From Sanchytrium tribonematis (Eukaryota), in the NCBI GenBank assembly GCA_018985235.1, contig JADGIG010000004.1, positions 1 through 64,000 on the forward strand: a DNA stretch of 64,000 bases, read 5' to 3'. The translations under genes and the position numbers were made by a program. The first letter of the stretch is position 1, and each line of letters starts with the position of its first letter. Under the pieces are notes generated by a model that was not told the DNA's origin, made no database searches, and saw nothing but the letters and a program-made list of their open reading frames with translations. Positions 23,457 to 34,857 of this stretch are shown one piece after another.

Positions 23457-24260
23457 ATGAGTGGCTTAGTTGGTTTGATGAATAGACCTCAACCAGACGA
23501 AATATCAAGATTTGTAAACAAGTTTCTACAAGATACTGAAAAAAACATGAACACTATATCCAAAAATGTAGATAATTTGGTAACTACCGAGAAAAAGGTT
23601 AGAAAACATGTCCTTCATTTTTCTTCAGCTTTAAAAACGTGCGCAGACACTGAACTACCACAAACAAGGTTAGCTATGGCTGGAATATCAGAAGCGCTCC
23701 AAGATATTCAAGCTTATCGAAAAATAATGTATGACACCATTGAATCGAGAGTCCAACAACCGCTTCAACTTTACAAGACTTTCGTTGCAAAGGCAAAAGA
23801 CGACTTGAAGTCCAGGGAGTCTGCTCGGAAGAGAGAGACAGAAAAACAAACTTTGATGGAAAAATTGGCCATAAAAGAAACCAACCGGGCAAAAATTACT
23901 AAAGGGCATCTTGAGCTAGCTGGGGCAAATCATGAGATGTTCCACACTTCCTTGGCTTTGGCTGAACATGTTGATTCACTGGAAGCCAAAAAGATAACCG
24001 ATATCAGGGCAATATTAAAGGATTATCTGACTATCCAGATGGAATTCCACTGTCGATCTCTTGAGGTTTTAACAGACGCGGTAGGTTTTCTAGATTCTTG
24101 CGAAATGGAAAACGATTTGGGTGAAATTCGAGAGCGAATGCGTACAATCGGATTGGGGGATTACAATAAACAATCAGTTTACTCTTATGCCAAACACTTT
24201 TTATCAAGAATATTTTTTCCATGTTCGTCGTATTCTTGTTTAGTAACCCACATGCTTTGA
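23457..24260 (+). CDS. FAM92/CIBAR BAR-domain ciliary protein
   Basis: ADTELP...LQDIQAYR...VQQPL...AKDDLK...[12 protein letters not shown] follows the FAM92 pattern; 3' end uncertain because it overlaps the Arp gene. Confidence 0.8.
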   Translation: MSGLVGLMNRPQPDEISRFVNKFLQDTEKNMNTISKNVDNLVTTEKKVRKHVLHFSSALKTCADTELPQTRLAMAGISEALQDIQAYRKIMYDTIESRVQQPLQLYKTFVAKAKDDLKSRESARKRETEKQTLMEKLAIKETNRAKITKGHLELAGANHEMFHTSLALAEHVDSLEAKKITDIRAILKDYLTIQMEFHCRSLEVLTDAVGFLDSCEMENDLGEIRERMRTIGLGDYNKQSVYSYAKHFLSRIFFPCSSYSCLVTHML

Positions 24261-25340
24261 AATGATTCACATGAAGCCAATATGGAACCTCCAATCCAAG
24301 AGCCAAATCTCCTATCACTAGACTGAGAACCAGCGTAGACTTTCACTTTACCCTTCATTATGCCGGATCGTTGTATTTCAGCCTACATTACAAAATTTTA
24401 CCTCCAGTCTTTCAGTAAATCCAGGAATTGAGGATGTTCCACCAGTCAGAACAATATTTTGAGGTAACAAATTTTTACATTCATTGTCGCACGAATCGTA
24501 AGAAGCTTGTATCATTTTTATAAGTGTGGGAGTGTTTGGATATACAGAGCTGGGATTAAATATAATATCAGTCACATATGGTTCTTTCGTAAATAACTTA
24601 TTAAACCCATCAGGAAACTCGAAAGGCCTACCTGTCACTTGCTGCCCAGGCATGTAGGCATTTCCGGTTAAAACATGCTCTTTAAACACGTGAATAGAAA
24701 GGTCTTGCAAATGTCTCAAAAGTTTAGAATCAATCTTTAGAGGAGAGCGGTGCTTTGGATCTGGCAACTTTCCAGATTCTACAATAGGTTTTTCTTGTAA
24801 CAAGACAGATGGATACGGTTCATAATGATATTCTTTCTTTAAGGATTGAAATATATATTCGGTAAGACTCTTTCCAGCAACAGTGGAAGTTTGCAAGCTG
24901 TTCTTAATGTGATAGCCTTCGTGCACCGCACACACACTTGTATGTGAATGTCCCACATCAACAACAAGGGCATTAGTTTTTGACGCATGAAAAGCATTCA
25001 ACACAGGTCTACAGCAAAAGTACAAGGCAGGAACATGCTCAAAGAGAGTTTCCATCAAGTCACCACGAGCATCATTCCCTGGTGTATCTGGTATCATCAA
25101 AGAATGCTCATTGATATCTAAACCAAGATATTGATATGATTGTTCCAAAAGAGCTTCAAGGGACTCTTCTTTTAGCAAAGAAGTCGATGATGGACGAAAC
25201 AGATGTGTAAAAGTTTGTTCGTGATCAGTAAATAAAGTTGAAGAAGTAACAAAGGACGGGAGATCTGCACCAGCATGTCCAAATTTTGTCTCGTATTTGC
25301 CACAATCAAACACCAAAGGATTTCGCTCAACAAATGTCAT
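24185..25340 (-). CDS. Actin-related protein, Arp4-like (2 exons)
   Basis: Actin-fold motifs, FEFPDG, NIVLTGG; after intron 24383-24401 it continues ...[14 protein letters not shown]...[11 protein letters not shown]...KKCLA*. Confidence 0.88.
24383..24401 (-). other. 19-nt spliceosomal intron
   Basis: GAG|gtaaaattttgtaatgtag|GCT restores the conserved actin C-terminus. Confidence 0.95.
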
Positions 25341-25365
25341 TACAAAGGAGAAATTAGTAGAAAAT

Positions 25366-28362
25366 TTATTGTCCTAACATTGGCTTTCCGCTTGCAAGTC
25401 TCTTAAAATCATTGATTACACTGACAATACCTCTGTACCTCATATTTTGAAAAAGATATCCTTCACTTGTAATTTTAAAAGAAACTTGTTGGATTTGGCT
25501 TTCTGGAGTGGGCTTAAAAGAAATTAAACACATCGTCGGTTTAGAATAATCAAAATGAACCAAGTAAGGTACCGATTTCCCTTTTTTTGCCAAGGCATCC
25601 AACATCGAACGAACTTGCGACTCATTTTTAGCTACGAATTTTCCGCATTTTAACATTTCAGAGACAAAATTTTGAATACGGTTAACGTATTGAGAAACAG
25701 CGTTTTCTGGGTTTTCAAATCTGGCAGATGGATCCTCTGAGATAGTCCAGTAACCGTGCATAGAATCCTGCTGCAATTCAACATTTCCAAACAAGTTATT
25801 TGCAATGACCCAGGTCAAGTTGACAAAGTTTTCACCACTCCGGCTCGGACGAAAACAATACCAGCTATTTTTTTCAGACCTTAAATATTTACAGCAAGAT
25901 TTGAAATCCAGATTTTTATACTTATCATTTTGTGAAAATCTCACATTAGACTGAGCCTTTTCACGTACTTCTTTAGCCTTTTTAAGATCCACATCCCTTC
26001 TGTTAAAACCGAAAAATGGATCAAGCTCCACAGAAACTTCATAAAAATGATAAAGAATTTTCCTCCTACCTTTGTTTTCATAACCAAAACCATCGTTTTC
26101 ACCATAATAGTCCTGTTGCTCTGTGCGCAGATTCAACGCTCCATCCAAAGTCACCTGGAATAGTTCAAGATGGCGATTTTTAATAGCCAAACGCATCGGA
26201 AATCCTGAATGAAGGTGATCAAAAATGTCAAAGGTTTGTGGTCTCTTGTATGCGTCAATTATGTCACTCTTATCAACTTTGGCACATAGACCACACTCTA
26301 AAACAAAAAAGCAGCATTTTTCTGACATATTTTTTAATTCACCGTAAACATGTGAGTTGATGGAAAATGTATTGTCTGTTTCACCCGTCACATAGTAAAA
26401 AATTTTGTTTGTTTCCTCGCTATGTTTTTTTAGCCTAGGTCTTTGGTCTTCATATCTATCAATAAGAGCGGTTCGAATATCTTCAACCAAATCAGAGATC
26501 TGCTGCGGGTTGGCGTTGTTCATGGCATTTGCCAAATGACTAGCGAAGCTACGCAATTCCAGAGCTTTCAATTTGTTTTGGCGATCAGGATCGTCAGTAA
26601 GTTTAGAAACACACCGACTCAAGTTTTGAGGGTCTATTTCTTCTTCAGTTTCTTCGATAGCATCGCTACAAATTTTTCTGGCGATAACATAATTTGAAGG
26701 ATTGATTTTCATATCGTCCAAAGGATCTGCGTATTCAATTTCAGAGTCTCCGATTCTAATAACTTCAGCAGCAACTTCAAACTCTTCTTTTGTCAAAATA
26801 GATTCAGTAGAGTCTGCAACATACAAGTCAGCTCTTGAATAAATGACTTGATCGTCGCTAGCCAAAATAGTTTGAATAATATCTTTTGCTCGGCTTCTGT
26901 GAATTCCTTTTATAAATTGGATCACACCATGCAAATGAGGACGATGTAACACGTAATTGATGTCTACTCCAATAGTCTCGATTATTTTTTTTAATACTGC
27001 ATGTAGTTCCTCAAAAAGAGTGTCTTCCGGAATTTGATCTTGATACGGATGCAACGGGAGCATAAGATAATCGTTTTCCTTATTAAAGAGAGAGCATATT
27101 TCAAATGTGGGATTTATAAAATATCGCGCTAGACTAACAAGATATTTTTCTGGTTCAGTGTACTGTGATTCTTCTTTAGTATTTTTGGGAAGTTCTGGAC
27201 TTACAAAAACGTTCTCTTCATACCTTGCGTACTTTTTAATTCTAGCGAAATAATCACCCACAAAAGTAAGAAAAAAAGGGAGACTTTGAGAAACAGTGTT
27301 CTTTTCGTATGGAAATTTTCCTTCACTTAAGATAAACTCCAAGGCATCTTTCGCATTTATACCTTGACCACCAATCACTACACCCACAATGTTAAACTCG
27401 CTCATAACAAGGTCATAAGTTTTGACTCTCCTATCACGAAAAGCATTACCACGATCACTGGAAGTAAAAATAAAAGAATCAACTAAATAGCCATCCTTGT
27501 TAATAACAGCACCATTTAAATCCCTATTGTCATAGCCCAATGCTAATATGAACGACTCGTCATCTAAAGACACCGGACATTGAAAATGTGCTAATTCATG
27601 CAAATTTTTACCGCATTCCTTGGACACATATTTGATGGCTTCAGACTTGAGGTTATCAATGAACTTGTGCTTTGCGATTTCTCCCAATTTTGAAATAGCT
27701 GCCTCGCAAATCTCAATTCTTTCCGCATTCCAATCTGAATCAATTAGACCGTTGAAAAATTCAGACTGCCAAGTAGATCTGAGATTGGAGAGATCCATTG
27801 ACCAGTCTAGGTATAATAGTGAACTTTGGACCCCTTCCATTATTATCATAATCTGATGCTCTTCATAGGCTCCAATAGGCTTATTCGAAATATATTTGCA
27901 AGGATAAAGAAAATGAAACGGATCGATTTCACGAATTCCAAGCTCAGTTGGGTAAACATTGAGTTTGGTAAAGCTTTTGATGCTGTCACAAAATTTGGTT
28001 TGAATTTGAGATCTAGAAACAATTTGGTCGATAAGGGAATTCCTTAATAGTACTCTAAGTTGATTACCATCCTCAGTCAGATTGTGCGCGGCTATATCTA
28101 AGGATACCGCGGGATCGACTGGTATTTCATAACTTCTTCTATCGTTGATAATACTTTGTTCTAACTCTTCAATAGGAAAGAAAAACATAGAGCTCAACTC
28201 TTTTAAATATTCGGATTGTGCAAGATCGCCTTTCTTGACAGCCTTCTTTTCTCCAACCTGTTGTTCCTCTTGTTCTTCTTCTTGTGCTTCAAATGACCAC
28301 AGATACTCGCTTCCGTCGCCAAAAATGCTTAAAAGTAAATCTTGTGGCAAAATGGATTGCAT
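25366..28362 (-). CDS. SPT6: Transcription elongation factor Spt6 (N-terminally shortened)
   Basis: IFGDGSEY, SLARYFINP, GVDIN, DPLDDMKINPSNY and tandem SH2 (FRPSRSG); probable ATG 28362. Confidence 0.88.
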   Translation of the reverse strand: MQSILPQDLLLSIFGDGSEYLWSFEAQEEEQEEQQVGEKKAVKKGDLAQSEYLKELSSMFFFPIEELEQSIINDRRSYEIPVDPAVSLDIAAHNLTEDGNQLRVLLRNSLIDQIVSRSQIQTKFCDSIKSFTKLNVYPTELGIREIDPFHFLYPCKYISNKPIGAYEEHQIMIIMEGVQSSLLYLDWSMDLSNLRSTWQSEFFNGLIDSDWNAERIEICEAAISKLGEIAKHKFIDNLKSEAIKYVSKECGKNLHELAHFQCPVSLDDESFILALGYDNRDLNGAVINKDGYLVDSFIFTSSDRGNAFRDRRVKTYDLVMSEFNIVGVVIGGQGINAKDALEFILSEGKFPYEKNTVSQSLPFFLTFVGDYFARIKKYARYEENVFVSPELPKNTKEESQYTEPEKYLVSLARYFINPTFEICSLFNKENDYLMLPLHPYQDQIPEDTLFEELHAVLKKIIETIGVDINYVLHRPHLHGVIQFIKGIHRSRAKDIIQTILASDDQVIYSRADLYVADSTESILTKEEFEVAAEVIRIGDSEIEYADPLDDMKINPSNYVIARKICSDAIEETEEEIDPQNLSRCVSKLTDDPDRQNKLKALELRSFASHLANAMNNANPQQISDLVEDIRTALIDRYEDQRPRLKKHSEETNKIFYYVTGETDNTFSINSHVYGELKNMSEKCCFFVLECGLCAKVDKSDIIDAYKRPQTFDIFDHLHSGFPMRLAIKNRHLELFQVTLDGALNLRTEQQDYYGENDGFGYENKGRRKILYHFYEVSVELDPFFGFNRRDVDLKKAKEVREKAQSNVRFSQNDKYKNLDFKSCCKYLRSEKNSWYCFRPSRSGENFVNLTWVIANNLFGNVELQQDSMHGYWTISEDPSARFENPENAVSQYVNRIQNFVSEMLKCGKFVAKNESQVRSMLDALAKKGKSVPYLVHFDYSKPTMCLISFKPTPESQIQQVSFKITSEGYLFQNMRYRGIVSVINDFKRLASGKPMLGQ

Positions 28363-28395
28363 TAGAAACACGGAAGATCTGTCTTGAAACGCAAA

Positions 28396-29167
28396 ATGAG
28401 TTATGCAAAAATGGATGATAATCTTGATTTCCACGCAGGCGATTACACGCAGAAGAATATCAACCAAGTTCCTCCAAATTTAGTTGACGGGAACTCCCCT
28501 TCAGGAACAATCTGGTCCTTGAATTTTTACAAGAAATATTTTAACGTAGACTCTCATGCTATTTTAAAACGAGTAAGACTATCATTTGTTCCTAACCATA
28601 AATTAATTGACGAGATCTACGACAACCCCGATCTTTGGGGTCCCTTTTGGATTGCGACTTCCCTAATAATTTTACTGTTTGTAGGAAACTCTATTTTAAT
28701 GCTAATAGAGAACACTGCCGTTCAGCAAAATTATGATTTATCGGTTTTGTACCGTGCATTATCTATGGTCTATCCTTATGTATTCGGTATGCCTCTTGTC
28801 ATATGGATAGTTTGTAGATATTATTCAACTTCAACAACTTTTTTTGCTTTAGTTGATTTATATGGATACACATTATGTATCTGGTTGCCAATTGCTGTAT
28901 TTTTTTTTAACTTAGTGCTTAGCTGCTATACCCTACTCTTGGATTAGAATATTATTGATTATTGGTGCCTTTATCGTTTCTTCGGCTACGTTATTTACCA
29001 ATTTATATACGCTTTTGACTTCTACAATGTTTTCTCAAATGACTACTCGGCAAATGGACAAAAAGGTTGCCATGGGCTTAGGTGGAATCGTCGTTGGAGT
29101 TCATGGTATTTTTGCTATACTGTTTGGTTACTTTTTCTACACTATAAACATAAACAATATTAAGTAA
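28396..29167 (+). CDS. Yip1-domain Golgi protein (YIPF1/2-like; 2 exons)
   Basis: FYKKYFNVD, PDLWGPFWIATSL, YGYTLCIWLP; intron 28897-28915 joins the second ORF in frame. Confidence 0.9.
28897..28915 (+). other. 19-nt spliceosomal intron
   Basis: GCT|gtatttttttttaacttag|TGC. Confidence 0.9.
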
Positions 29168-29174
29168 TAAAGAT

Positions 29175-30336
29175 TTACTTGTAAAATGCGTAATCTAGCT
29201 GGTTTTTACGAATGACAGACTTATAGCCTTCTTCAATGTCTGTTGATAAGATTACGTACCTATTTTTACGAACAGCCTGCATCCCAGCTTCTTGACATAT
29301 TGCTGATATATCAGCACCACTCAGTTTATCTGGGCGACTTACAACTACGTTACAAAAATTTACATTCTTCTAAATCCACTTCAGGGCTCAAATTCATTTT
29401 ATCAGTTATAGTTCTAAAAATTAGTCTTTTTTGACGTCTGTCAGGCATTGGGAATTCAATTTTTCGGTCTAATCGTCCAGGTCTCAAAAGAGCCGGATCT
29501 AAAGTATCTGCTCTATTAGTTGCCATAATAACTTTAACATTTTGCGCTTGATCAAATCCATCCATCTGAGTTAAAAGTTCAATCAAAATACGTTGTACCT
29601 CTCTGTCTGCACCTGTCTGTGCATCAAAACGTTTGGTGGCGATAGCATCAATCTCATCAATAAATATAATGCAGGGCGAATTTTCTCTTGCTAATCTAAA
29701 AACATCTCTGACCATTCTTGGACCCTCACCTAAATATTTTTGAACAAATTCACTGCCATTGACTCTGATAAATGCGGCTGTGGTATGATGTGCTACGGCT
29801 TTGACTAACATAGTCTTACCCGTCCCAGGCGGGCCATATAAAAGAACACCCCTAGGGGGATCAATTCCAATTTGAGTGTAAAGTTCAGCTTGTGTCAATG
29901 GAAGTTCGACAGCTTCGCGAATTTCTTGCTTTTGAGTATCTAAACCACCGATATCTTCATATGCAACATCTGGCGTTTCCTCTTTTTTCATAAGCTGAAT
30001 TGAAGAATCGGCTTCTGGTGGCAAAATGCTAACGACTGCATTTGAGTGTCGATGGAGAGCAATGCTGGTATTTGGCTTTAAAAGTTCCTTGTCCAATGTG
30101 GACAAAACTTTAACTAGATGGGTAGAACCAGTAGTTGAAGAAACAATTGCCTCGTTACTTGCTGGGTGATATTCCATCAATTGTCCAATTACAAGTGGCA
30201 CCGACTGAATTCGCTTAATATTAAATTGGGCACGCTTCAATTCTCGTTTTAAATGAAATTGTTCATCTTTGATATAATCTTCCTGCAAAGTTAAAAATTC
30301 AAGCTCTTTTTCCAATGATCTAGTGGTTGCGGACAT
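29175..30336 (-). CDS. RPT3: 26S proteasome ATPase Rpt3 (2 exons)
   Basis: [23 protein letters not shown]; after the intron [30 protein letters not shown]...YAFYK*. Confidence 0.97.
29345..29363 (-). other. 19-nt spliceosomal intron
   Basis: GAAT|gtaaatttttgtaacgtag|TTGTA restores the conserved Rpt3 C-terminus. Confidence 0.96.
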
Positions 30337-30524
30337 ATTGTTTCAAAATTTATTTGCAAAATTGTTTTTCAATAATGCTTTCAACTCGCAGATTGTCCAA
30401 ACAATATTGTGAGAATAATAGTAATTAGGGTAATCTGGATATTTGCTTATAGGAAAAATCAGAGTTCAATTAATATACAAGGTATCAAGCCTATCACATT
30501 GGCAAAAGTTCTCCTTTGTCCCAC

Positions 30525-33500
30525 ATGTCATCCGATACATTGGTTATCAATCTACCCTTGGACAGCCTGGTCGACAATGCATCACAAAATCTGAGTCGAC
30601 TCAGCAAAGACTCTGGTATAAAAATTGATGTTAATAGATCAAAAACAACGATGTCGATTTTTGTCAAAACTGAAAAAAAAGCTTCATATGAACAACTTAA
30701 TGAGGTTGATTTAGATCTATTTAAGTATCAAGTCTACCAAAAAGCATGTAAACATGTTACAAAAAAGATCGATATAGAAAAAAGTGAGGTAGCTAAGATC
30801 ATTGGGAAGAATGGTTCAAGAATCAACCAGCTGCAGGAAATGTTTGGAGTAAGATTAAAGATTGATAGAGACAACCAAATGTCTTTAACTGGCCATGACC
30901 AGAGCATTGATGACTGTTTAAAAGAAATTAACCACTCTCAGGCTTCAAAATTTATTTTAGATGACAATGAAATGATTCTATATCTTATGGAGTTGAAAGT
31001 TCCACACTTAAAAAATATGCCAAAGGATATAAAAAGCATATATTTGGGACCCACTCTTCACTTTGCTGCTGCTTTATTCGGCAATGCTAGGAAATCTAGT
31101 AGCGATCATTCCATTCTGTTCAATGACATAGTTGAGGTTGATTTAAAGGCAATATTGAAAAAGGGTCAAACTGAACTCAACTTATCTTCCATTCAGATTC
31201 CTGGATTAGATCTTCCGTCTGCCATTTTTGAAAATGTACAGGAGAAAGTCTTTAAAGAGCACAATGCATATTTGAAAAAAAACGGACATGTTTTTGCAAC
31301 TAAAGAAAATTTGCTTATTGCAATGAATTATTTATTGAGTGTAAAGGATGGCTATCATTCTTTTACATTTGAGGTTCCTTTTGCATCTTATTTAAAAGGA
31401 TTTTTCAATATTCCAAATTGGAAGTCAAAGTTTGATCTGATCGAAGTTGGATTTGAAGAAGACAAAATTATTTTCTATGGCAAGAATCCTTCCATCAAGC
31501 AAATTCAAATTCAGGTGGAATGTTTAGGGGAATTCCATCCGTCTAATTTAGCTAGAAAGTATAAGAGTAAAAAAGGATCTCTTTTAAATCACAGCGTATA
31601 TATAGATGCCGCTGGAAATATTTCTTCAACAGAGCAACCTACTGAAATTGTTTGTAAATTTGATGACAATGAAATGTATGTTGTAGGTGTATCTTCTTTG
31701 AAGAAACACGCCAACTTAGATAGTGTTATCAAAAAGCTTGTAATTGAATTAAATGAAATTGAAAAAAAGAGCAAAGATACAGCAAAGGTGATTACAACTA
31801 TACCACAAAAATATCACAAACAATTAATTGGGCCTAATGGGAAAGCTCTTAATGATCTGATCGAGAAATACGCCACTGATCAGTCCAGCTGTATCGTTCG
31901 ATTTGGGAGCAACAGTCGTCCTCAAAATTCCAATAAGTCGACGCCTTTAGAGGTCGATCAAGTCTTGTTTATTGGACACAAAAATGTTGTTGCGGCAGTT
32001 AAAAACGAGATGGAAAGACTTGTCGAACAGTGGAAGCATGAGCATGTGATGATGAGCTATCAAAGTCAGGTTGAAATTAGCCAAAAAGCGCTTCCTAGAG
32101 TTGTTGGTAAAAAATTTGCAAACATCCAAAAATTTAAGGACTTGCCTGGAATTTCTAACATTGATGTGCCACCAAAAACTGACTCCGACAAAATTACTAT
32201 CAGTTTACAGGGCAAGAAAGAAGTTGTTCTTCAGGTCATCAAGGAGCTCAAACAAAATGCAGAAGATGTAGAGAATTCTGTATCTCATTTTATACCAGTT
32301 GAAAAAGAATATCTTTCAGCTGTAATTGGTCAAAAAGGAAAAATCATTAATCAACTTCAAGAACTATATCAGGTCAAATTGAATGTAAACGAAGCAGATG
32401 ACTGCGGTCTTGATATTATAGGAGGCAAGGAATCAGTTGCAAGATGTAAGAAAGATATTGAGTATCTTCTCCGCTTTGAAAAGGATCATAATACTGAATG
32501 CTCCATTAAAGTTCCCCAAGATTCAGTTAGCTATATTATTGGACGTAATGGTACACGGGTTGAGAAACTAAAATATTTAACGGGTTGTAATATACAAATC
32601 CCTAAGGAGAAAACAGAGATCGTGGAAATAATCATAAAGGGTAAATTGCATAAACTTGCTAAAGATTCAATTGAGTATATTTTAGATTATTTTAAGTGCG
32701 ACAAAAATAGATTGTCAGTTTTGGTTCCAGCAATGGCGGTTAATTTTTCAGCAGTGTCGAGAATTTTGACCAAATACGACCATTTTGAATGTAAAGATAA
32801 AGAGGCAATGTTGATCGCTAGTATTGTCACTGAAAAACCATATACACAACTTTCATCTGTTAATTTTAGTATTAAAAATAACGAAATTGTCGTATATGGC
32901 TATAACACAAAAGCAATGAACCATTTTGTTGAAGCTTTAAATGTTGAGTATGCTAACACAAAAATGTATATAGCTCAATTGATCTCGGTACATCGAGATC
33001 TTCTTAATAATTTAGAAAATGAATACAATGTGAAGATCAACTTTGGTAAAAAAGCTCATGTTATAGGCGACGCAACTCCAGAAGATTTTGAAGAAATTGT
33101 TATTGATAAAAACGGAGATCGGTATGTATGTATTTTGGGTAGTAAGGATGACGCACTAAGAGCTCTTGAGAAAATTAAGGAAGTCAGAAACAAAGTTGAA
33201 GAAGTGCCGGTTCCAAAAAGCATATCGGCAATCTTAAATAGAGAATCCAAAAATTTCAAGGTAATGGTGTTTATTAAACATCAAGGCGAAACAGAATTGT
33301 GGAAAATTGAAGGACAAGAAGATGAATTAAAGACTTATGTAGAGCACTTATACAAAAGAATTGACGAATTGGTAATTCCTTATAATTTAGAAGCATAGTG
33401 TTAAAACTGTAGCCCATATTCCCTCTCAATTTCATTCAAGAATCATTGGTCCACGTGGATCTGTGATTAATGCCCTAAGATCTGAAACTGGGTGCGATAT

Positions 33501-33609
33501 TCAAGTACCAGACCGCAAATTAAAAAGTCAAGACATTGAAATAATTGGGCCTAATCAAAGTGCCGTTGATCTCTGTATTTCAAAAATTAAAACGATTGCA
33601 GGAAAATAA
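30525..33609 (+). CDS. SCP160: Vigilin/Scp160 multi-KH RNA-binding protein (2 exons)
   Basis: Repeated IIGxxG KH motifs; the last KH (HSRIIGPRGSVI) appears after intron 33372-33390; ATG 30525. Confidence 0.85.
33372..33390 (+). other. 19-nt spliceosomal intron
   Basis: TTG|gtaattccttataatttag|AAG opens a final KH-domain exon ending at TAA 33609. Confidence 0.92.
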
Positions 33610-33610
33610 A

Positions 33611-34831
33611 TTAGACAAATTCTTTTCTTAATTTATATCGAAGATATCTTTCTTCTGCTTTCTTAATTTCAGCGTCAGCCTTGTCAAATGTGGGACATAA
33701 CAAGTATATAAAAAGCTTTTCCAAATAAAATTCGAAATCAAACTGGTTTAACTGAGAGTAAACAGAATTGAAACACTTACATGGAATTGAATTCCCAGAC
33801 GCAACGTTCAGTTTAGCGTAAGCCTCTGTGACATATTCGTCAAATTTGTCGTTTTTAGTTTCTTTATCAGAATTCATAAATTCATTGGAAGCTTTCTTAG
33901 GAATTTGAACCAAAGGATTTTGATGCTGAATTTGAAAATTGTCTTGTGCATTAAGAAAATGTTTCAATTTATAATTTCGTGGCTGAATATTGCAATTTGT
34001 TATGTGAGCATATGAAGAACAAAGCCAAGATGATATGTCGATGCTGAGAGTTGGACTATTCATTTCAATACACAGGTAAGTATAAATTGACCAAATAACA
34101 TGATAATCAAAGGTAATTCGGTAATAATTTACATTCAAATTCCAATAATCTCCTTTATATACATCAAACCATAGATCTGCAATGTTTTGGGGTAATTTAA
34201 GACTTGATAATATATAAACTGCATAAAGTTTGATATTGGGAGACGGGAGATTGACAAAATCAAAACAGCTTAAATACCTAAATAACTTTCTTTTGTTAGA
34301 GGTAAACTTGACTTTAAGAACTTTTAATTGGTTTTTTGATAAAATTTGTATAAATCTTCCAGGTAATTCTACTGGAATTAAAAGATCCAAAAGGTCATGA
34401 AAAGAAATCGGCAACTCAAACTTTTGCAATGCGATCCACAAAATCCCAAAGACATCAGCAATTGAAATTGTACCAAATAAGGATTCATTTGATGCTTCTT
34501 CTATATCGTGTTTTATAAGCCAACACATCCAAAGATCGTACACGAATTTCATGATCTTAAAACCTACATGGTTTTCTAATTGCTCTGTGTATTTAATTAG
34601 ACAATACTGAATAGCATCAATTTGCATCAAATATTCTTGCTGCCCAAATAGAGTCCTGCTTTTCTCCACTTTTGTTTTTTGCTGGGATTGAGAAATTGCT
34701 TGGGTGTTAAATCCATCAAACTCGTTTTCTAAAATCAACATGTCATTATTAATATGACCGTTACTGCATATAAAGACGTCATCCGCTGTTCTCCTGAATT
34801 CCTCAGAACCACATATTGAGCAAATTTCCAT
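33611..34831 (-). CDS. RNA polymerase I initiation factor Rrn7/TAF1B-like
   Basis: N-terminal zinc ribbon CSICGS...ICSNGH followed by a helical cyclin-like region. Confidence 0.72.
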   Translation of the reverse strand: MEICSICGSEEFRRTADDVFICSNGHINNDMLILENEFDGFNTQAISQSQQKTKVEKSRTLFGQQEYLMQIDAIQYCLIKYTEQLENHVGFKIMKFVYDLWMCWLIKHDIEEASNESLFGTISIADVFGILWIALQKFELPISFHDLLDLLIPVELPGRFIQILSKNQLKVLKVKFTSNKRKLFRYLSCFDFVNLPSPNIKLYAVYILSSLKLPQNIADLWFDVYKGDYWNLNVNYYRITFDYHVIWSIYTYLCIEMNSPTLSIDISSWLCSSYAHITNCNIQPRNYKLKHFLNAQDNFQIQHQNPLVQIPKKASNEFMNSDKETKNDKFDEYVTEAYAKLNVASGNSIPCKCFNSVYSQLNQFDFEFYLEKLFIYLLCPTFDKADAEIKKAEERYLRYKLRKEFV

Positions 34832-34857
34832 CCCCTTTTGAAAAATAGTTTTTTATT

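Noticed and set aside
28363..28467. Head-to-head coding overlap of Spt6 and Yip1 suggested by the ORF track
   Set aside because: It arises from TTG starts; ATGs at 28362 and 28396 remove the overlap
30424..30430. Single TTAGGG in a divergent promoter
   Set aside because: One hexamer is expected by chance; there is no telomeric array
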